A stretch of 63,644 nt of DNA, counting the filler, from Chiloscyllium plagiosum (lineage: Eukaryota), in NCBI RefSeq assembly GCF_004010195.1. It is 3 parts of one record of this genome, joined end to end, with 100 filler letters (N's around TTAATTAATTAA, not from the genome) between each part and the next. Parts side by side here need not be neighbours in the genome. Positions count along the whole stretch, not along the records: positions 1 to 28,156 come from NC_057715.1; positions 28,257 to 59,850 come from NC_057715.1; 1 more part is not named here. One strand, written 5' to 3'. The notes under the pieces were generated by a model. It made no database searches and was not told the origin of the DNA. It saw only the letters and a program-made list of their open reading frames with translations. A program made the translations under genes and the position numbers. Positions 24,101 to 36,824 of the stretch are shown piece by piece. Numbering within the stretch: position 1 is the first letter of the stretch; the number at the start of each line of letters is the position of its first letter.

Positions 24101-26497
24101 CCAGGAGGACCAGTTCCACCACAGTACACACCAAATGGCCTCCTTCTGTAAAGACCCTCCCACATGGTTGTTGATGCCCTCCAGTTCATCTCATCTACTT
24201 CCAACGCCTTTGCCCTCGAACCCCACCCCTCCAACCGCAACAACCCCTTAGTCCTCAGCTTGCACCCCACCAATCTCCAAATACATTGTATCATCCTCCG
24301 CCATTTAAACCACCTACAAACGGACCCCATCACCACAGATATATTTCCCTCCACACCCCATCTGCTTTCCATAAAGACCGTTCCCTCCGTGATTCCCTTG
24401 TCAGGTCCACGCCCCCCCCACCAACCCACCCTTCCCTCCTGGCACCTTCCCCTGCCACCGCAGGAATTGCAAAACCTGCGCCCACAACTCCCCACTCACC
24501 TCCATCCAAGGCCCCAAAGGAGCCTTCCACATCCATTAAAGTTTCACCTGCGCCTCCACACATGCCATTTACTGTATCCCTCGCTCCGGATGCAGTCTCC
24601 TCTACGTGGTGGAGACAGGATGTCTACTCGCAGTGCGCATCAGAGAACATCTCTGGGACTGCCGCACTAACCAACACCACCGCCCTGTGGCCGAACACTT
24701 CAAGTCTCCCTCCCACTCCCCCAAGGACATGCAGGTCTTGGGCCGCCTTCATCGCCATTCCCTAACCATCCGACACCTGGAGGAAGAATGCCTCATCTTC
24801 TGCCTCGGGATTCTCCAACCCCATGGCATCAATATGGATTTCATCAGTTTCCTCATTTCCCCTCCCTCCAGGGCTTTTGCCCAAAACAGCGATTCTCCTG
24901 CTCCTCGGATACAGCCTGACCTGCCGTACTTTTCCAACACCACACTCTCAACTGGAGTCCTCACTTTTGTCCGGATGGGATATATCCAATGATTCTCTGA
25001 AAAGTCAGGGAGGAAATTACTGAGCCTTTGGCTTTGATCTTTAGGTCGTCATTGTCTACTGGAATAATGCCATAAGACTGGAGGATAGCAAATGTTGTTC
25101 CCCTGTTCAAGAACGGGAGTAGAGACAACCCTGGAAATTATAGGCCTGTGAGCCTTACTTCGGTTGTGGGCAAAGTGTTGGAAAGGGTGAGAAGAAATAG
25201 GACTTATAATCATCTAGAGAAGAATAAGTTCATTAGGGATAGTCAACAAGGTTTTGTGATGGGTAGGTCGTACCTCACAAACCTTATTGAGTTCTTTGAG
25301 AAAGTGACCAAACATGTGGATGAGGGTAAAGCTGCTGATGTTGCATATATGGATTTCAGTAAGGCATTTGATAAGGTTCCCCACGGTAGACTATTGCACA
25401 AAATATGGAGGTATGGTATTGAAGGTGATTTAGCAGTTTGGATCAGAAACTGGCTAGCTGAAAGAAGACAGAGAGTGGTAGTTGATGGGAAATATTCATC
25501 CTGGAGTTTAGTTACTAGTGGTGCACCGCAAGGATCTGTTTTGGGTCCACTGTTGTTTGTCATTTATGTAAATGGCCTGGATGAGAGCATAGTAAATTTG
25601 GATGGGTTAGTAAATTTGCGGATGTCACTAAGGTCGGTAGAATTGTGGATAGTGACGAAGCATGTTGTGGGTTACAGACAGACAAAGATAAGCAACAGAG
25701 CTGGGCTGAGAGGTAACAAATGGAGTTTAATGCAGAAAAGTGTGAGGTGATTCATTTTGGAAGGAGTAACAGGAACTGGGCTAATGGTAGGATTCTTGGT
25801 CATGTAGATGAGCAGAGACATCTCGGTGTTCATGTACATTGATCCTTGAAAGTTGCTACTCAAGTTGATCGGGTTGTTAAGAAAGCATATAGTGTGTTAG
25901 CTTTTAGTGGTAGAGTGATTGAGATTCGTGAGAACCATGAGATCATGCTCCACTCTACAATATTCTGGTATGGCCACATTTGGAGTATGCAAACAGTTCT
26001 GGCCACCATATTATAGGAAGGATGTAGAAGCTTTGGAAAGGGTTCAGAGGAGATTTACAAGGATGTTGCCTGGCATCAAGGGAAGGTCCCATCAGGAAAG
26101 GCTGAGGGACTTGAGGTTGTTTTCATTAGAGGGAAGAAAGTTGTGAGGTGATACAATTGAGACATATAAGATAATCAGAGGGTTAGATAAGTTGGACAGT
26201 GAGAACCTTTTTCCTCGGATGGTGATGGCTAGTACGAGGGGACATAGCTTTAATTTGAGGGGTGATAGATATAGGTCAGATGTCAGAGGTAGTTTCTTTA
26301 CTCAGAGAGTAGTAGGTGCATGGAATACACTGCCTGCAACAATAGTAGACTTGCCAACTTTAAGGGCATTTAAATGGTCATTGGATAGGCATATGGATGA
26401 AAATGGAATAGTGCAGGTTAGATGGTCTTCAGATGGGTTCCAAAGGCAAGCACACATCGAGGGTTGAAGGGCCTGTATTGCGCTGTAATGTTCTATT
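21200..26497 (+). mobile_element. Near full-length inactive CR1 LINE (5' UTR, ORF1 with Zn-finger/leucine zipper/SGNH esterase, ORF2 with APE and RT)
   Basis: ORF1 starts at 21660 (CSSC...CGKC, LLENRVRELE) followed by VIGD and DGLHL esterase motifs. ORF2 has YFNARNI, FYRPP, MDFSKAFDKVPH and PQGSVLGP. Many stops and frameshifts. Confidence 0.93.
23972..24971 (+). mobile_element. Penelope-like family B element (RT C-terminal region/GIY-YIG) nested in CR1 ORF2
   Basis: ETGCLLAVRIREH...PVAEHF...EEECLIFCLG.LQPHGIN GIY-YIG-type motif; inverted termini ~23978-24022 and ~24900-24945; splits the CR1 K.PGPDGIYP motif. Confidence 0.85.
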
Positions 26498-26519
26498 GTT
26501 GGGGGGGTGGGGGGGAGGG

Positions 26520-27660
26520 GGGGATGTGCAAAAGCTTGGGAGGAGCGTATCACTAAAGGTGAGACAGAACCTGAGGTTGTGGGAGCATTGCTCCCTCTCC
26601 ATTGTGGTTAAAAGCCCAGTCATCAGGTGTGAGGTATTCTGTTCCATTCCCAGAACCTGCCATTGCAGTCACCTGAGCCAACTTCCACTTCATCTGGAGG
26701 TCAAAGATGGATCATGTCTGCAGGGACACCATGTACAAAACTCTGGATGGGGGGAGGGGGCAGGTATCCCTCATTCTGGTGGACACCTTTGTGAGCGGCT
26801 GCATCAAGCTGTATGTAGACCTTTGCTATGCAAACATTAAATATCACTATGTATCAAGTTTCTACATGTCCCTGGTGTTGCAAAGGATGGGATTGGCCTC
26901 ATTGCTGTGGAACACCCCAAATAGCTGGGCTGTTCCGTATCACCTATCCCTCGTGGAAATATCTTTGAAAGAAAACACCTTTGTCCACAAGTCGATTAAG
27001 CAGTGGTCAGTACTCATCCTCAAGACCCTGCGGGAAAAAGGAGAGGGTTGATCCTGTTGACTGGTTTCCTGAGCAGACTATAAAACTCATTTGGCAAAAT
27101 GCCTCGTGGTCAGAGCTTTCCAACAACCACCACGACATCGCTTGGCTGGTGGTGAGAACAACGCTACCTGTGAGTTCCTTCATGTATACACAGACTCTCT
27201 GCATCACCACATAATGCCCTCAAAGCAGCGGCAAAAGGTGGAGATGGGATAGAGATGTCACACATCTCCTTCCGGAATGTGCCTATGTAAAAGTAGTCTG
27301 GAGGAAGATGAGGTGCTTCTTGTTGGGCTTCTTGACGGAGGACCCTATGGTCTGTTCCCCAGGACACACACCAAAACAAACATTAACTGCGCCTGGAGGA
27401 CTACCAACCCAGTGAAAGATGCTCTTCAGTCTGTCCGAAGTTGTTGGCCTTCAAATGCAAAGATTTGACCTCGACCAAGTATTGCAGACAAGCACATTCC
27501 ACGGGCCAGAGTTATGTGCTGAGGCGCGCATTAAACCTTGGGACAACTGCTGCCAAGGCACAGTGGGGAAAGACCAACGTTGAAGGTATTCCTGCCAAAA
27601 TATAATGAGGGTCCATTCAGTTATCGGACACTCCCAGTGGCTCAGTTAAATGTAAATAGT
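26520..27660 (+). mobile_element. Tx1/L1-clade LINE ORF2 3' fragment
   Basis: YKTLDGG, IWQNASWSELSNNHHDIAWLVVRTTLPV and a decayed Cys/His-type tail. Confidence 0.65.
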
Positions 27661-27709
27661 ACCTTGTTCAATTAAGAAATGATTTTGGGTTTATTGTAAC
27701 TATCGAGAA

Positions 27710-27945
27710 AGTCATAGAATCATAGAGATATACAGCATGGAAACAGACCCTTCGGTCCAACTCGTCCATGCCAACCAGATATTCCAACCCAATCTAGTCC
27801 CACCTGCCAGCACCCGGCCCATATCCCTCCAAACCCTTCCTATTCATATACCCAGCCAGGTGTCTTTTAAATGCTGTAATTGTACCAGCCACCACCACTT
27901 CTTCTGGCAGATCATTGCATACATGTACTACCCACTGCATGAGAA
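27710..27945 (-). mobile_element. CR1 3' end
   Basis: FKRHLAGYMNRKGLEGYGPG; ctatgattctatga tail. Confidence 0.88.
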
Positions 27946-28156
27946 AAGTTACAGGAGGGAGGGATTCCAGTATTTGGATAACTGGGGTTCTTTCTGGGGA
28001 AGGTGGGACCTCTATAAACAGGATGGTCTGCACCTGAACCTGAGGGGCACCAGTATCCTTGGTGGGAGGTTTGCTAGTGCTCTTGGGGGGGGTTTAAACT
28101 AACTCTGCAGGGGCATGGGAACCCAGACTGTAGCTTTAGGGTGCAGGACCTGGAGT
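27946..28156 (+). mobile_element. CR1 ORF1 esterase fragment
   Basis: FQYLDNWGSFWGRWDLYKQDGLHLN. Confidence 0.85.
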
Positions 28157-28256
28157 NNNNNNNNNNNNNNNNNNNNNNNNNNNNNNNNNNNNNNNNNNNN
28201 TTAATTAATTAANNNNNNNNNNNNNNNNNNNNNNNNNNNNNNNNNNNNNNNNNNNN
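28157..28256. other. Assembly gap with artificial linker (44 N, TTAATTAATTAA, 44 N)
   Basis: An identical 100-bp construct occurs at 59851-59950. Confidence 0.95.
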
Positions 28257-28623
28257 CTAGAGGCCTGGTACTCCAACCACAACGCCATAAACAAGCACAT
28301 AGATCTAGATGCCACCTATCAACCCCTCAGAAAACGAACAGGAAATGACATCACCACAAACCCCAGGAACCCCATCCAGGAGAAAGATATAAATAGAAAG
28401 CAGGAGACAACAGCTTCGCTTCACTTGGAGGTTGCCACTGATGATGTTACCTAACCAGGTATTGAAACATCTGGATATCAAACCTACAGCTCAGCGAGCA
28501 AACCTACACCCCTAAACCTACACCCCTAGCCACTGATGATGTTACCTAACCAGGTATTGAAACATCTGGATATCAAACCTACAGCTCAGCGAGCAAACCT
28601 ACACCCCTAAACCTACACCCCTA
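28257..28623 (+). mobile_element. Penelope-like family C 3' end with tandem 95-bp hammerhead-bearing repeat
   Basis: LEAWYSNHNAINKHIDLDATYQPL resembles a PLE endonuclease C-terminus. Units 28434-28528 and 28529-28623 are identical. Confidence 0.8.
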
Positions 28624-28639
28624 TGAGATATGCAGCAGG

Positions 28640-29790
28640 CTTTAAAGTGCCTTGTTGAACAATGAGGTGTTTTGTTTTTCCCTTGAACCTGCACTAAACC
28701 TCATTGGAGCAGGCCCATCTGTAATTGCCTTGAACTGAGTGGTTAACTAGATTATTTCAGAGGGTGGTTAAGAGTCAACCATCTTGCCATGGGTCTGGAA
28801 TCACATGTGGGCCAGACCAGATGAAGGTGGCAGATTTCCTTCCCTCAGAAACGTCAAGGTAGGAACAAGGTGAAGAATTAAAATGGGAAGGAACCAGAAG
28901 CTCTGGCTCACACTTGCAGCAGAACAGAGGCATTCCACAAAGTGGTAACCGAATCTGCGTCCGACCTCCTAGGAAGAGGAATCCACGTCTTGACTAATGA
29001 ATACAGTTTGCTAACAAACTGTCATTTCACATGGAAGAAGTCTTTGATGGTAAAAAGGAAGGAGGTGACGGGGCAGGTGTACATTTCTGGTGCTGTAACA
29101 AAAGTAGAAGGTATTGGCAGAGGGTATAATCTGTTCGCAATGTTGAAAGGTGAGGGGAGGAGAAGACATAATTTTTGGCAAAATTATGCTGGAGGTGGTA
29201 GAAGTGGTGAAGGATGATCTGTTAAATATTCATTGAAAGTAACGACAAGGGGACGCTTATTATTTTTTGAGGAGAGAGGGATGGAGGGGAGTGAATGGAA
29301 AAATACATGAATAGAATATAGCAAGGGCCCTGTAAACCATAATCAAGACTGAATTATCAGTTAAGAAAGGAGGAAGACATGTCAAAAACCATGTTCAGGA
29401 AGGTTGCACCATCAGAACAAATTTGACAATGACATAAAAACTGAGAGGATGGAATAGAGCCCTTACTGGAAGCAATTGCATAGAATTGTATTCAAGTTAG
29501 CTGTAAGTGTCGATATATTTCTATTGAATACTTGTTCATGATCTATTCCCAGAAATTGAAGCAAAGACATCAAAAAAGGGAAGGGAAAGAAAGGAAAGGG
29601 AAAGGATGGGAAGGAAAGGGAAGGGAAGGGAAGGGAAAGGATGGGAAGGGAAGGGAAGGGAAGGGAAGGAAAGGGCTGGGAAGGGAAGGGAAGAGCCTAA
29701 GATGAATTATGTGAAACCAAACCAAGGGTGGACATTTGAAGCAAAGTCAATGAAATTTTGCAGTTCAGGGTGAATGCTGGAAACCATTTT
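28640..29790 (-). mobile_element. Ancient Penelope-like fragment with a SINE piece at ~28715-28850
   Basis: The minus strand has decayed CSNE...-type endonuclease-tail and RT-like text. Confidence 0.45.
29578..29692 (+). repeat. (GGAAG/GGAAA)n polypurine microsatellite
   Basis: Seen directly in the sequence. Confidence 0.95.
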
Positions 29791-30227
29791 TGTAAAGTCA
29801 TCAAGACAGAAAGCAGTGAGTAAGGGCAAACTCAGTAGGTCTGAAAAAAAGAAAATTCAATATATCCCACAAATGCAGACAAAGTGAAGCTCTATGAGGG
29901 TGTTCATACCAAACCCTTTTATTTGGAGGAGGTACAGAGAGTTGTGAAAGTTTTTTAACATTGTTGATCAAAGAGACATGTTGCTGAAAATGTGATTCTT
30001 GCACTCATCAGCACAAACACAATACATCAATCAATCACAATAATTTATACTGCAGCAAGAGGATGCTGATGGATTGACAAGTTAACCCAAGGTTAAGTGA
30101 GATGTTGCCATAGAGTAAGCAACTGGGAGCTCTACATTCCACAAGTTTCCAGTAATTCAGTAAGAAAACCTAGAATATATCCCTTTTGTTTTTTAGCAAA
30201 TCATTCCCTGTGTAAGTAATTTACTTC

Positions 30228-30979
30228 TGTTATGACACGGGGTAATCCCTCCTGCTATTTTAACCCAGACAAACAGAAAAGCTCACCTCGCCTTGTAATC
30301 TGTAAAAGTGCGTGACAAAGAACTACCAGATCCCACTATTTAAAGAAAAAAAATTAATGAGTTATTCTTTACCTTCAAGAGAAAAAGAACATTAAACAAC
30401 AACAATCTACTCTGTCAAGGAGAAACAGTCTCCTTTGTCAGATCAATTTATCTACGTCCCACTCTACAGCACGATACTGATTCGATAAAACCCCCTAATT
30501 AATATTTACAAAAAACTCAAATTTCATAACCAGTCAGCTGTGTCGATTCTCCTCTGCATCTTTCTCTGTAGATTTTTCTGGGTCTTTTCTTCAGTCTTCT
30601 GCTGCACAGATTTCATATGAACAGGAACCTTGCAGAGAGTGATTCTGTGAGCCATCTGTATTTGTTGGTGTTCTTCTCCATTCTGGCAAGCTGTTCAAAA
30701 TGCCCAGCTTTTATACCCTAAAAGTTTGTATTGTCTCATTGGATTGATGTCATCAAAACAGTAAAATTCAAATTCAATTGGATTTTTGTAACTTGGGGCA
30801 TAATTTAAATTGGTTGGCCAAATTTGAATTTGTTGTGTGCAATAGTGACAGTTCAGCTAGTTGTTTCACAGCTAAATGTTGCATTTTTAATTTTTTCTCA
30901 GCACACTCTGTGTTTTTTAAGTCCTTGCCAGCTTTCACTCTCTCTTAAAGGTACAGTACACACCTACAACTTCATAACT
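30228..30979 (-). mobile_element. Solo LTR (probably Gypsy-type), TSD CTTC
   Basis: tgttatg...cataact ends; cttc at 30224-30227 and 30980-30983; ends homologous to 52081-52759 in the opposite orientation. Confidence 0.75.
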
Positions 30980-32977
30980 CTTCTGGCAAGCATAAATGAG
31001 CCATGCTAAGAGCATGACTACTACTTGAATTTGCCTCTTTGTGTAGCTATTATTTCTTTAGTGTGAGAACATGTTGAGCCTGGTGGAGGAGGTTGCTGGT
31101 ATAAGGGACTTGGTTGGGCCTCATTCAAGGATGATAAATGTAGAGTGTAAAGTTATATTGGACTACATAGAATTTTCAGCAGAGAACCAGTCTTTTGGTC
31201 CATCAGATTCTCAGTGTTAATACTCCACACAAGCTTCTTTTAGTTATCTCATCTGACCCTGCTAACATAGCCTTCAACTTTTTTTCCCTCTCAAGTACTT
31301 ACCTATCTTCATCTTAAATGAGCCTACACTATGTACCTCATGCTCGTGAATCCCACATTCTTGCTACTCTCTGAATAACAAGGTCTCTCCTGAATTCCCT
31401 ATTGAATTTATAAAATAACTATCTTGGAAATTCAGATATCTCGGAGTTTTGCATGATTTATTTTACCCCCTGCAAGGAGCAACTTTGCTGATATTTCTTC
31501 AGAAAGCTACACGGTGGTTAGATTCCATGATCAGGGAAATTTCTTTAGTGTGTGGATGATTCACCATTGTTTAACCAGTCTTTGAATTCTGCACTATGCT
31601 TTATAAACACAACAGCAACATTAGGGACTATTGGAAGCATTGAGAAGCTTAAGGCTTCTCATTGTTCTATTTGTTCATGTTTTATCGCTCATTTATCCAG
31701 TGTGTATTTTTATAAATTCCCTAAATGGAAACAAGTAAAAGAACTAAAAGAAAAATAAAGACCTGCAGCCTTTTATGGAATAAATTCCATATAGCTTCAA
31801 ACAGTTCCATACAGACTCATTAGCAAAATAAATATTATACCACTGTGAACACTGAAATCAAACGCATAATCTCTGCTTCAATTCCATATGTATCAGCATT
31901 TTTTAAAATGTAACAGAGAGATATGACGGGTAAATCATGCTTCTGTTTTGCAATCTGGTGCTCGCAGGTCTAAAACCCACAGGTAAAAATTTAAAAGAGA
32001 CCTTGTACAAGATATAACTCTGAAATATTGCACGTGCTCAGTACTTTTAGGAGCTTGGGACTTGTACCAAAAAGCTGTTTCCATCCCTGTACCTGAATAA
32101 ATTATGAATAAATGAGTCTCAGCACACTGCTCATGTTAAAAAAATGCAAATAAATCCATTACTCCACTAACAAATGCGATTCATAAAGTTGAATTCTAAT
32201 AAAAGCACAAAGGACATTGTTGTATTTGAGTAAGATTGGCTGCTAACTAAATACAAAACTTTAGACTACAAGGTTTTTATTTATCAACATTTGATCAAAG
32301 CAAATAATATTACAGAAAAATAATTCTAGCAGAAAGCTGTGCTCCAATATATTATCAAGCACATGGTCAAGACTTCAAGTCACTTCAACCATGACAATAT
32401 CAGAGTGCACATCCCTTTAATTTTAAGTTCTGTTTCAACCACTTGTTATTGAAATGTGGGTGCAGCAGGAAAAGTCAGGTTTCATTGCCCATTTCTTATT
32501 GTTCTTTGTGTTTTGAGCCACCAGTTGTCTCAGATACTAAGTGTAAGTGTGCTCTGAGAGACACCAACTGTGGTGATGTCAGACAGACTTGGTTGGAGAA
32601 CTGTATAAGACCTTGAAGGACTAAGATCTATCATCCAGATCTTCATTATTGTCTCTGTAACAGTGTGTGTCACATCAATGAAAAATGTACATAGTTGTTG
32701 TCATGCAACAAATTCCATCTTGTTAAAGACAAGATTCTGTTCTCGTTAGACTACCTACCACACCAGACCAAGCCGCCCTCTCAATCTCTATCAGGAAAGA
32801 GGATGGTAGCATAAAATCTATCAGAAAGCACATACATGATGAGCAGCAGTGAAAGTTCATCTTCAAATTCACCTTCTTAAGCTGCTGCCGTCCATGTGGC
32901 ATTGCTGCTTCTACAATACTGTTAAAGAAGGGGTTTCAGGATTTTGACCCATCAACAGTAAAAGAATGGTGTATAAT

Positions 32978-33324
32978 GGTGGCACAGTGTCTCAGTGATT
33001 AGCACTGCTGCCTCAGAACACAAGGGACCCAGGTTCGATGCCAGGCTTGGGTGACTGTCTGTGTGGAGTTTGCACAATCGCCCCGTGTCTGTGTGGGTTT
33101 CCTCTGGGTACTCCAGTTTCCTCCCACAATCCAAAGACGTGCAGGTCAGGTGAATTGGCCATGCTAAATTGCCCACAGGGATGTGTAGGTTAGGTAGGTG
33201 CGTTCGTCAGGGATAAATGCAGAGTAACAAGGTAGGGGAATGGGTCTGGGTGGGTTACTCTTCGGAGGGTTGGTATGGACTTGTTGGGACAATTGATCTG
33301 CTTTGACACTGTAGGGATTCTATG
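32978..33324 (+). mobile_element. HE1-like V-SINE inserted in an old minus-strand LINE fragment
   Basis: tRNA-like head ggtggcacag...ggttcgatgcc; V-domain gtgtggagtttgcac...gtgggtttcctc; ctgtagggattctat tail. Confidence 0.88.
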
Positions 33325-34264
33325 ATATTTCCAAATCAAGATGTTGTGTTAGTTGGAGTGAAATTTGCAAATGGCAACATTCCCAAATGTCAGCCGTTCT
33401 TGTTATTCAAAGTGACAGATTTGGAAGGTGCTGTCAAAGGACCTTTGGTAAATTGTAGAGCAACATTAGCTAAATTGATGAATCCTTTCTATTCTTTGGC
33501 CCTTTGCTCCATTTATGGCCCAATATTTCTTGGAATGAAACAAAAGGATGGTACTAGCATGATGAAAGTGTACAGAAAAGCAGTTGGTGGTAATGCACAA
33601 GCAGGAGAGGTGGGAAAGTGTCCTCACTGAGTGAGTAAGAAGGGTAGATAGCAGAAAACTGGAAGATAAGATGGATGACGACGTTGAATGGATATAAAGT
33701 GTGCAATAATGAGTGTTATATTGCAAGAACCTTCTACGAGATGTGTGTGCAACAGCAGAGTTAGAATGAATGGTGGCTCTGTGAGTATGATATAGCAAAG
33801 AGAAGATAGTGGTACTTAGCTTTGTGGAGTGCAGATCCTTACACACTGCTTGCTGTTCTACCTAATCCAGGACATAGCACTTATCTGCTGCTCGAATGTA
33901 GTCAGCTGATGAAAAGATTGCCTCCTCTCCATCACCCTATGCACCAATATCTCCAGAATCTCTCAAAGTAGGGAGAGAGCTTTTCTTTTCTTCCTGAGCT
34001 ATTATGGTGCAGTACCACAGAGTAAGAACAGACTTCTGGAGAAATATGCAGCTGGGCTTTAAATATGGGCCCAGAGGCATGTGTGCAGGAGCTAATGCAG
34101 CTCTTCTATCTCTCCAACTGCATGATGCCCAAGAGCCCAGTTATGTAATAATGACATGAAGAGTGAAAGCTTATGTGAGAAAAGTCACGGCAGACTGGGT
34201 GTCATGAATCATATTGAACAAAACAGTTCAAATTAAAATGGGAAAATTCTGCCCAATGTTTTGT

Positions 34265-34577
34265 TCAGAGGAGTCCAGAACCATGGGCCACAGTCTCAGG
34301 ATACAGGGCAAACCATTTAGGACTGAGATGAGGAGAAATTTCTTCATCCAGAGAGTAGTGAGTCAGTGGAACTTGCTACACCAGCAAGTGGTCAAGGCCA
34401 AACATTGTATGATTTCAAGAAGAAGTGGATATAGCACTTGGGACAGAAGGACTCAAAGGTTAGGGATCGAAAGCTGGAAAAAAAGGATTGAGTTGAATGA
34501 TCAGCATGACAATAATAAATAGCAAATCACATTCGAAGGGCTAAATAGCCCACTCTGCTTTTATTTTCTATGTTTCT
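34265..34577 (+). mobile_element. CR1 3' end
   Basis: SRTMGHSLRIQGKPFRTEMRRNFFIQRVV. Confidence 0.85.
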
Positions 34578-34659
34578 GCGTAAAAATAAAATTCTAATAA
34601 AACATTCCAAACTTTTTAAAATATATTCAGACTGTTTCAACACAATTGGTCATTGACTG

Positions 34660-34945
34660 GGAATGTTTGAATCTTGCCATGGCAGATGGTGGAATTTAGA
34701 TTCAATTAAAAATCTGGAATTAAGAGTTTAATGGTGATCATGAAAGCAGTGTCAATGGTCAAGAAAAATCCAACTGTCTCACTCATGTCCTTCAGGGAAG
34801 AAATCTGCCATCCTTACCTCGTACGCCCTATATATGACTCCAGACCCACAGCAATGTGGTTGACTCTTATCTGACCTCTGGGCAATTAGGAATGGGCAGT
34901 AAATGCTGAACTAGCCAGCAACATCCACATCCTCTAAATGAACAA
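34660..34945 (+). mobile_element. tRNA-derived SINE
   Basis: catggcagatggtggaattt...gactccagacccacagcaatgtggttgactc. Confidence 0.7.
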
Positions 34946-36824
34946 AAAAAAAGTTCATTCTGTTTCCTGTCAGATTTCTAATAAGCACAGAATTAATATT
35001 GGCCACAATGATAAAAGGTTGTAGCAGTTCCTTGTCAATATAGGAGGGGATAGGATGGTTTCTTAAGACATTTTCTTCTGTTGCTTCACAAGGTTTGGGT
35101 TCTCAGAATTTTCTCTACCTTAAGCAAAATATAATTTTAAAGCTATTGGGAATTTGATAATCAGATTGTTTCAGAAGTTGGCAGCTTTAAGGGAAATGAA
35201 CAGAGCTTGCAAACCATTGTCCCTCTTGAGACCCCTATGCTGATAGGTTCTACCCAAATAATTAGACCTCCACAATGAGTATGTGGAGTGAGATGCATGA
35301 AAGATGAGTTAGATAAGCAGGGAAGAGAAAAGGCAATAGAGGGTTACACTAATTGAGCAGGATGAGGAAGGACAGGGAAAGGTTCAACTGAATCCTTGAA
35401 AATGTATTGTCAACATTTTGTGGAAAATAAAGAGTGTTCATTACACTGCAAGAATGATTGTCTTTAGAACACTGCAAAAACAGCATTTCAGCAAAGCTGT
35501 TGACTGACTGTCACAACGATTTCTTAGCAATCAAAACTGAAATGTGTTGGCATTCTATTCATAAACTATGCATAATATTTTTGAACCGGTGTCATCAATG
35601 ACACATCCATCCAATTTTCCCATTTAATTCCAATAATTGCTTGCAAGACATGACATGAAAGCCAACTACAATGGTAATTGCCTGCAGAACATCGGTGAGT
35701 CCATTACAGTTTGCCTCTCACAATTACACAATACTGTCAACAGACTTCAGTTCAATCAGGAGTGCAAACTCTGCAAACAGAGTAGCATATTGACTGCCAG
35801 TGGATGATACTGACCTCATCTCCAATGTGGTGTCACAAGAGCTGCCATTGTGTCTGACTGCATCTCACATGGAAATAGTTTGTCAGTGAAAGAATTAAAA
35901 TTTTAATAAGCAAAGATACAGTTTCATTAAGGAAATGTCTTGATTCTATCACATATAGAAGGGATGGTGCTATAATTAAAATGCAGTTACTTTAATAATT
36001 GTGCATTATTAATTAGAAGTCATTTAATTACTCAGTTGTGCCCTGCCCACTTAAGAATGACCTCTATCAAATTATTCACATCTCCATTCAAATCTCAGTT
36101 ATTTAAACTCAACAACAGTTGATTTGATAATCACAGTGTGAGCTATCTATATAGTTTTCAATCACTTCCAGAAGATTAATTGGTGCCTCTCAAAAGTACA
36201 AATTCATCTGTTAGATACAGACTATTATCTTCATCAAGTTTTTACGACAATGTATTATGTTCTCTAGTTTACTTATACTTTTTTTATCAATAGTGTGAGT
36301 TCAGAAAGGCTGGGAAGTGGGGCTAGATTCTCTGGTGCCAGGGCTCAGGTTATGAATTATGAATCAAGTTATTGATGAAAAGAGAGATATGACATTGAAA
36401 CTTGCCATCCTATACTCATCAGGATAGATGTACGAGTGCCAAACTTTGTACAGTCACAACAATTTATATTGCAGGAGTAAAGAGGACTGATGGTTTGCAA
36501 TTCAAATCTTATTTGCTTCTGCTGACACAAAGTGCACTGTCAATTCCTGGATAGATGCCCTTTTCTCAAAGGGGCAGGCAGCTTAGATCACCACCAAATC
36601 TCCAGTGGTCAATGAAGGAGAAGCAGTCGATTAAAGTGAGGTGCCCTTTCAAAGGGATGTTGCCTCTGTGGAGGGTGAAAATTTGAATGAAGCAAAAATG
36701 CATGAAAATCGAGGTGTCAGACTTTTCTGTGTTTCTAATGCAAAAAAACGTTCTGACTTTCTAATGCAAGAAAAAGTCTCTGGTTAACAATGTGAACATT
36801 ATCTTTAAAGTTCCTGCATGGAAT

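Noticed and set aside
28201..28212. TTAATTAATTAA palindrome (also at 59895-59906)
   Set aside because: It is centred in identical 100-bp N blocks, so it is a scaffolding linker and not biology.
28434..28623. CRISPR-like array
   Set aside because: There are only two abutting identical units with no spacers, in eukaryotic PLE context.
32978..33050. tRNA genes at SINE heads (also 42215 and 46165)
   Set aside because: The A/B-box-like heads continue into the V-SINE body and do not form a complete cloverleaf.
33513..33566. Minus-strand FIMLVPSFCFIPR resembling UBAC2 FALFVPFYCSIPR
   Set aside because: A stop codon follows within five codons and there is no flanking similarity.
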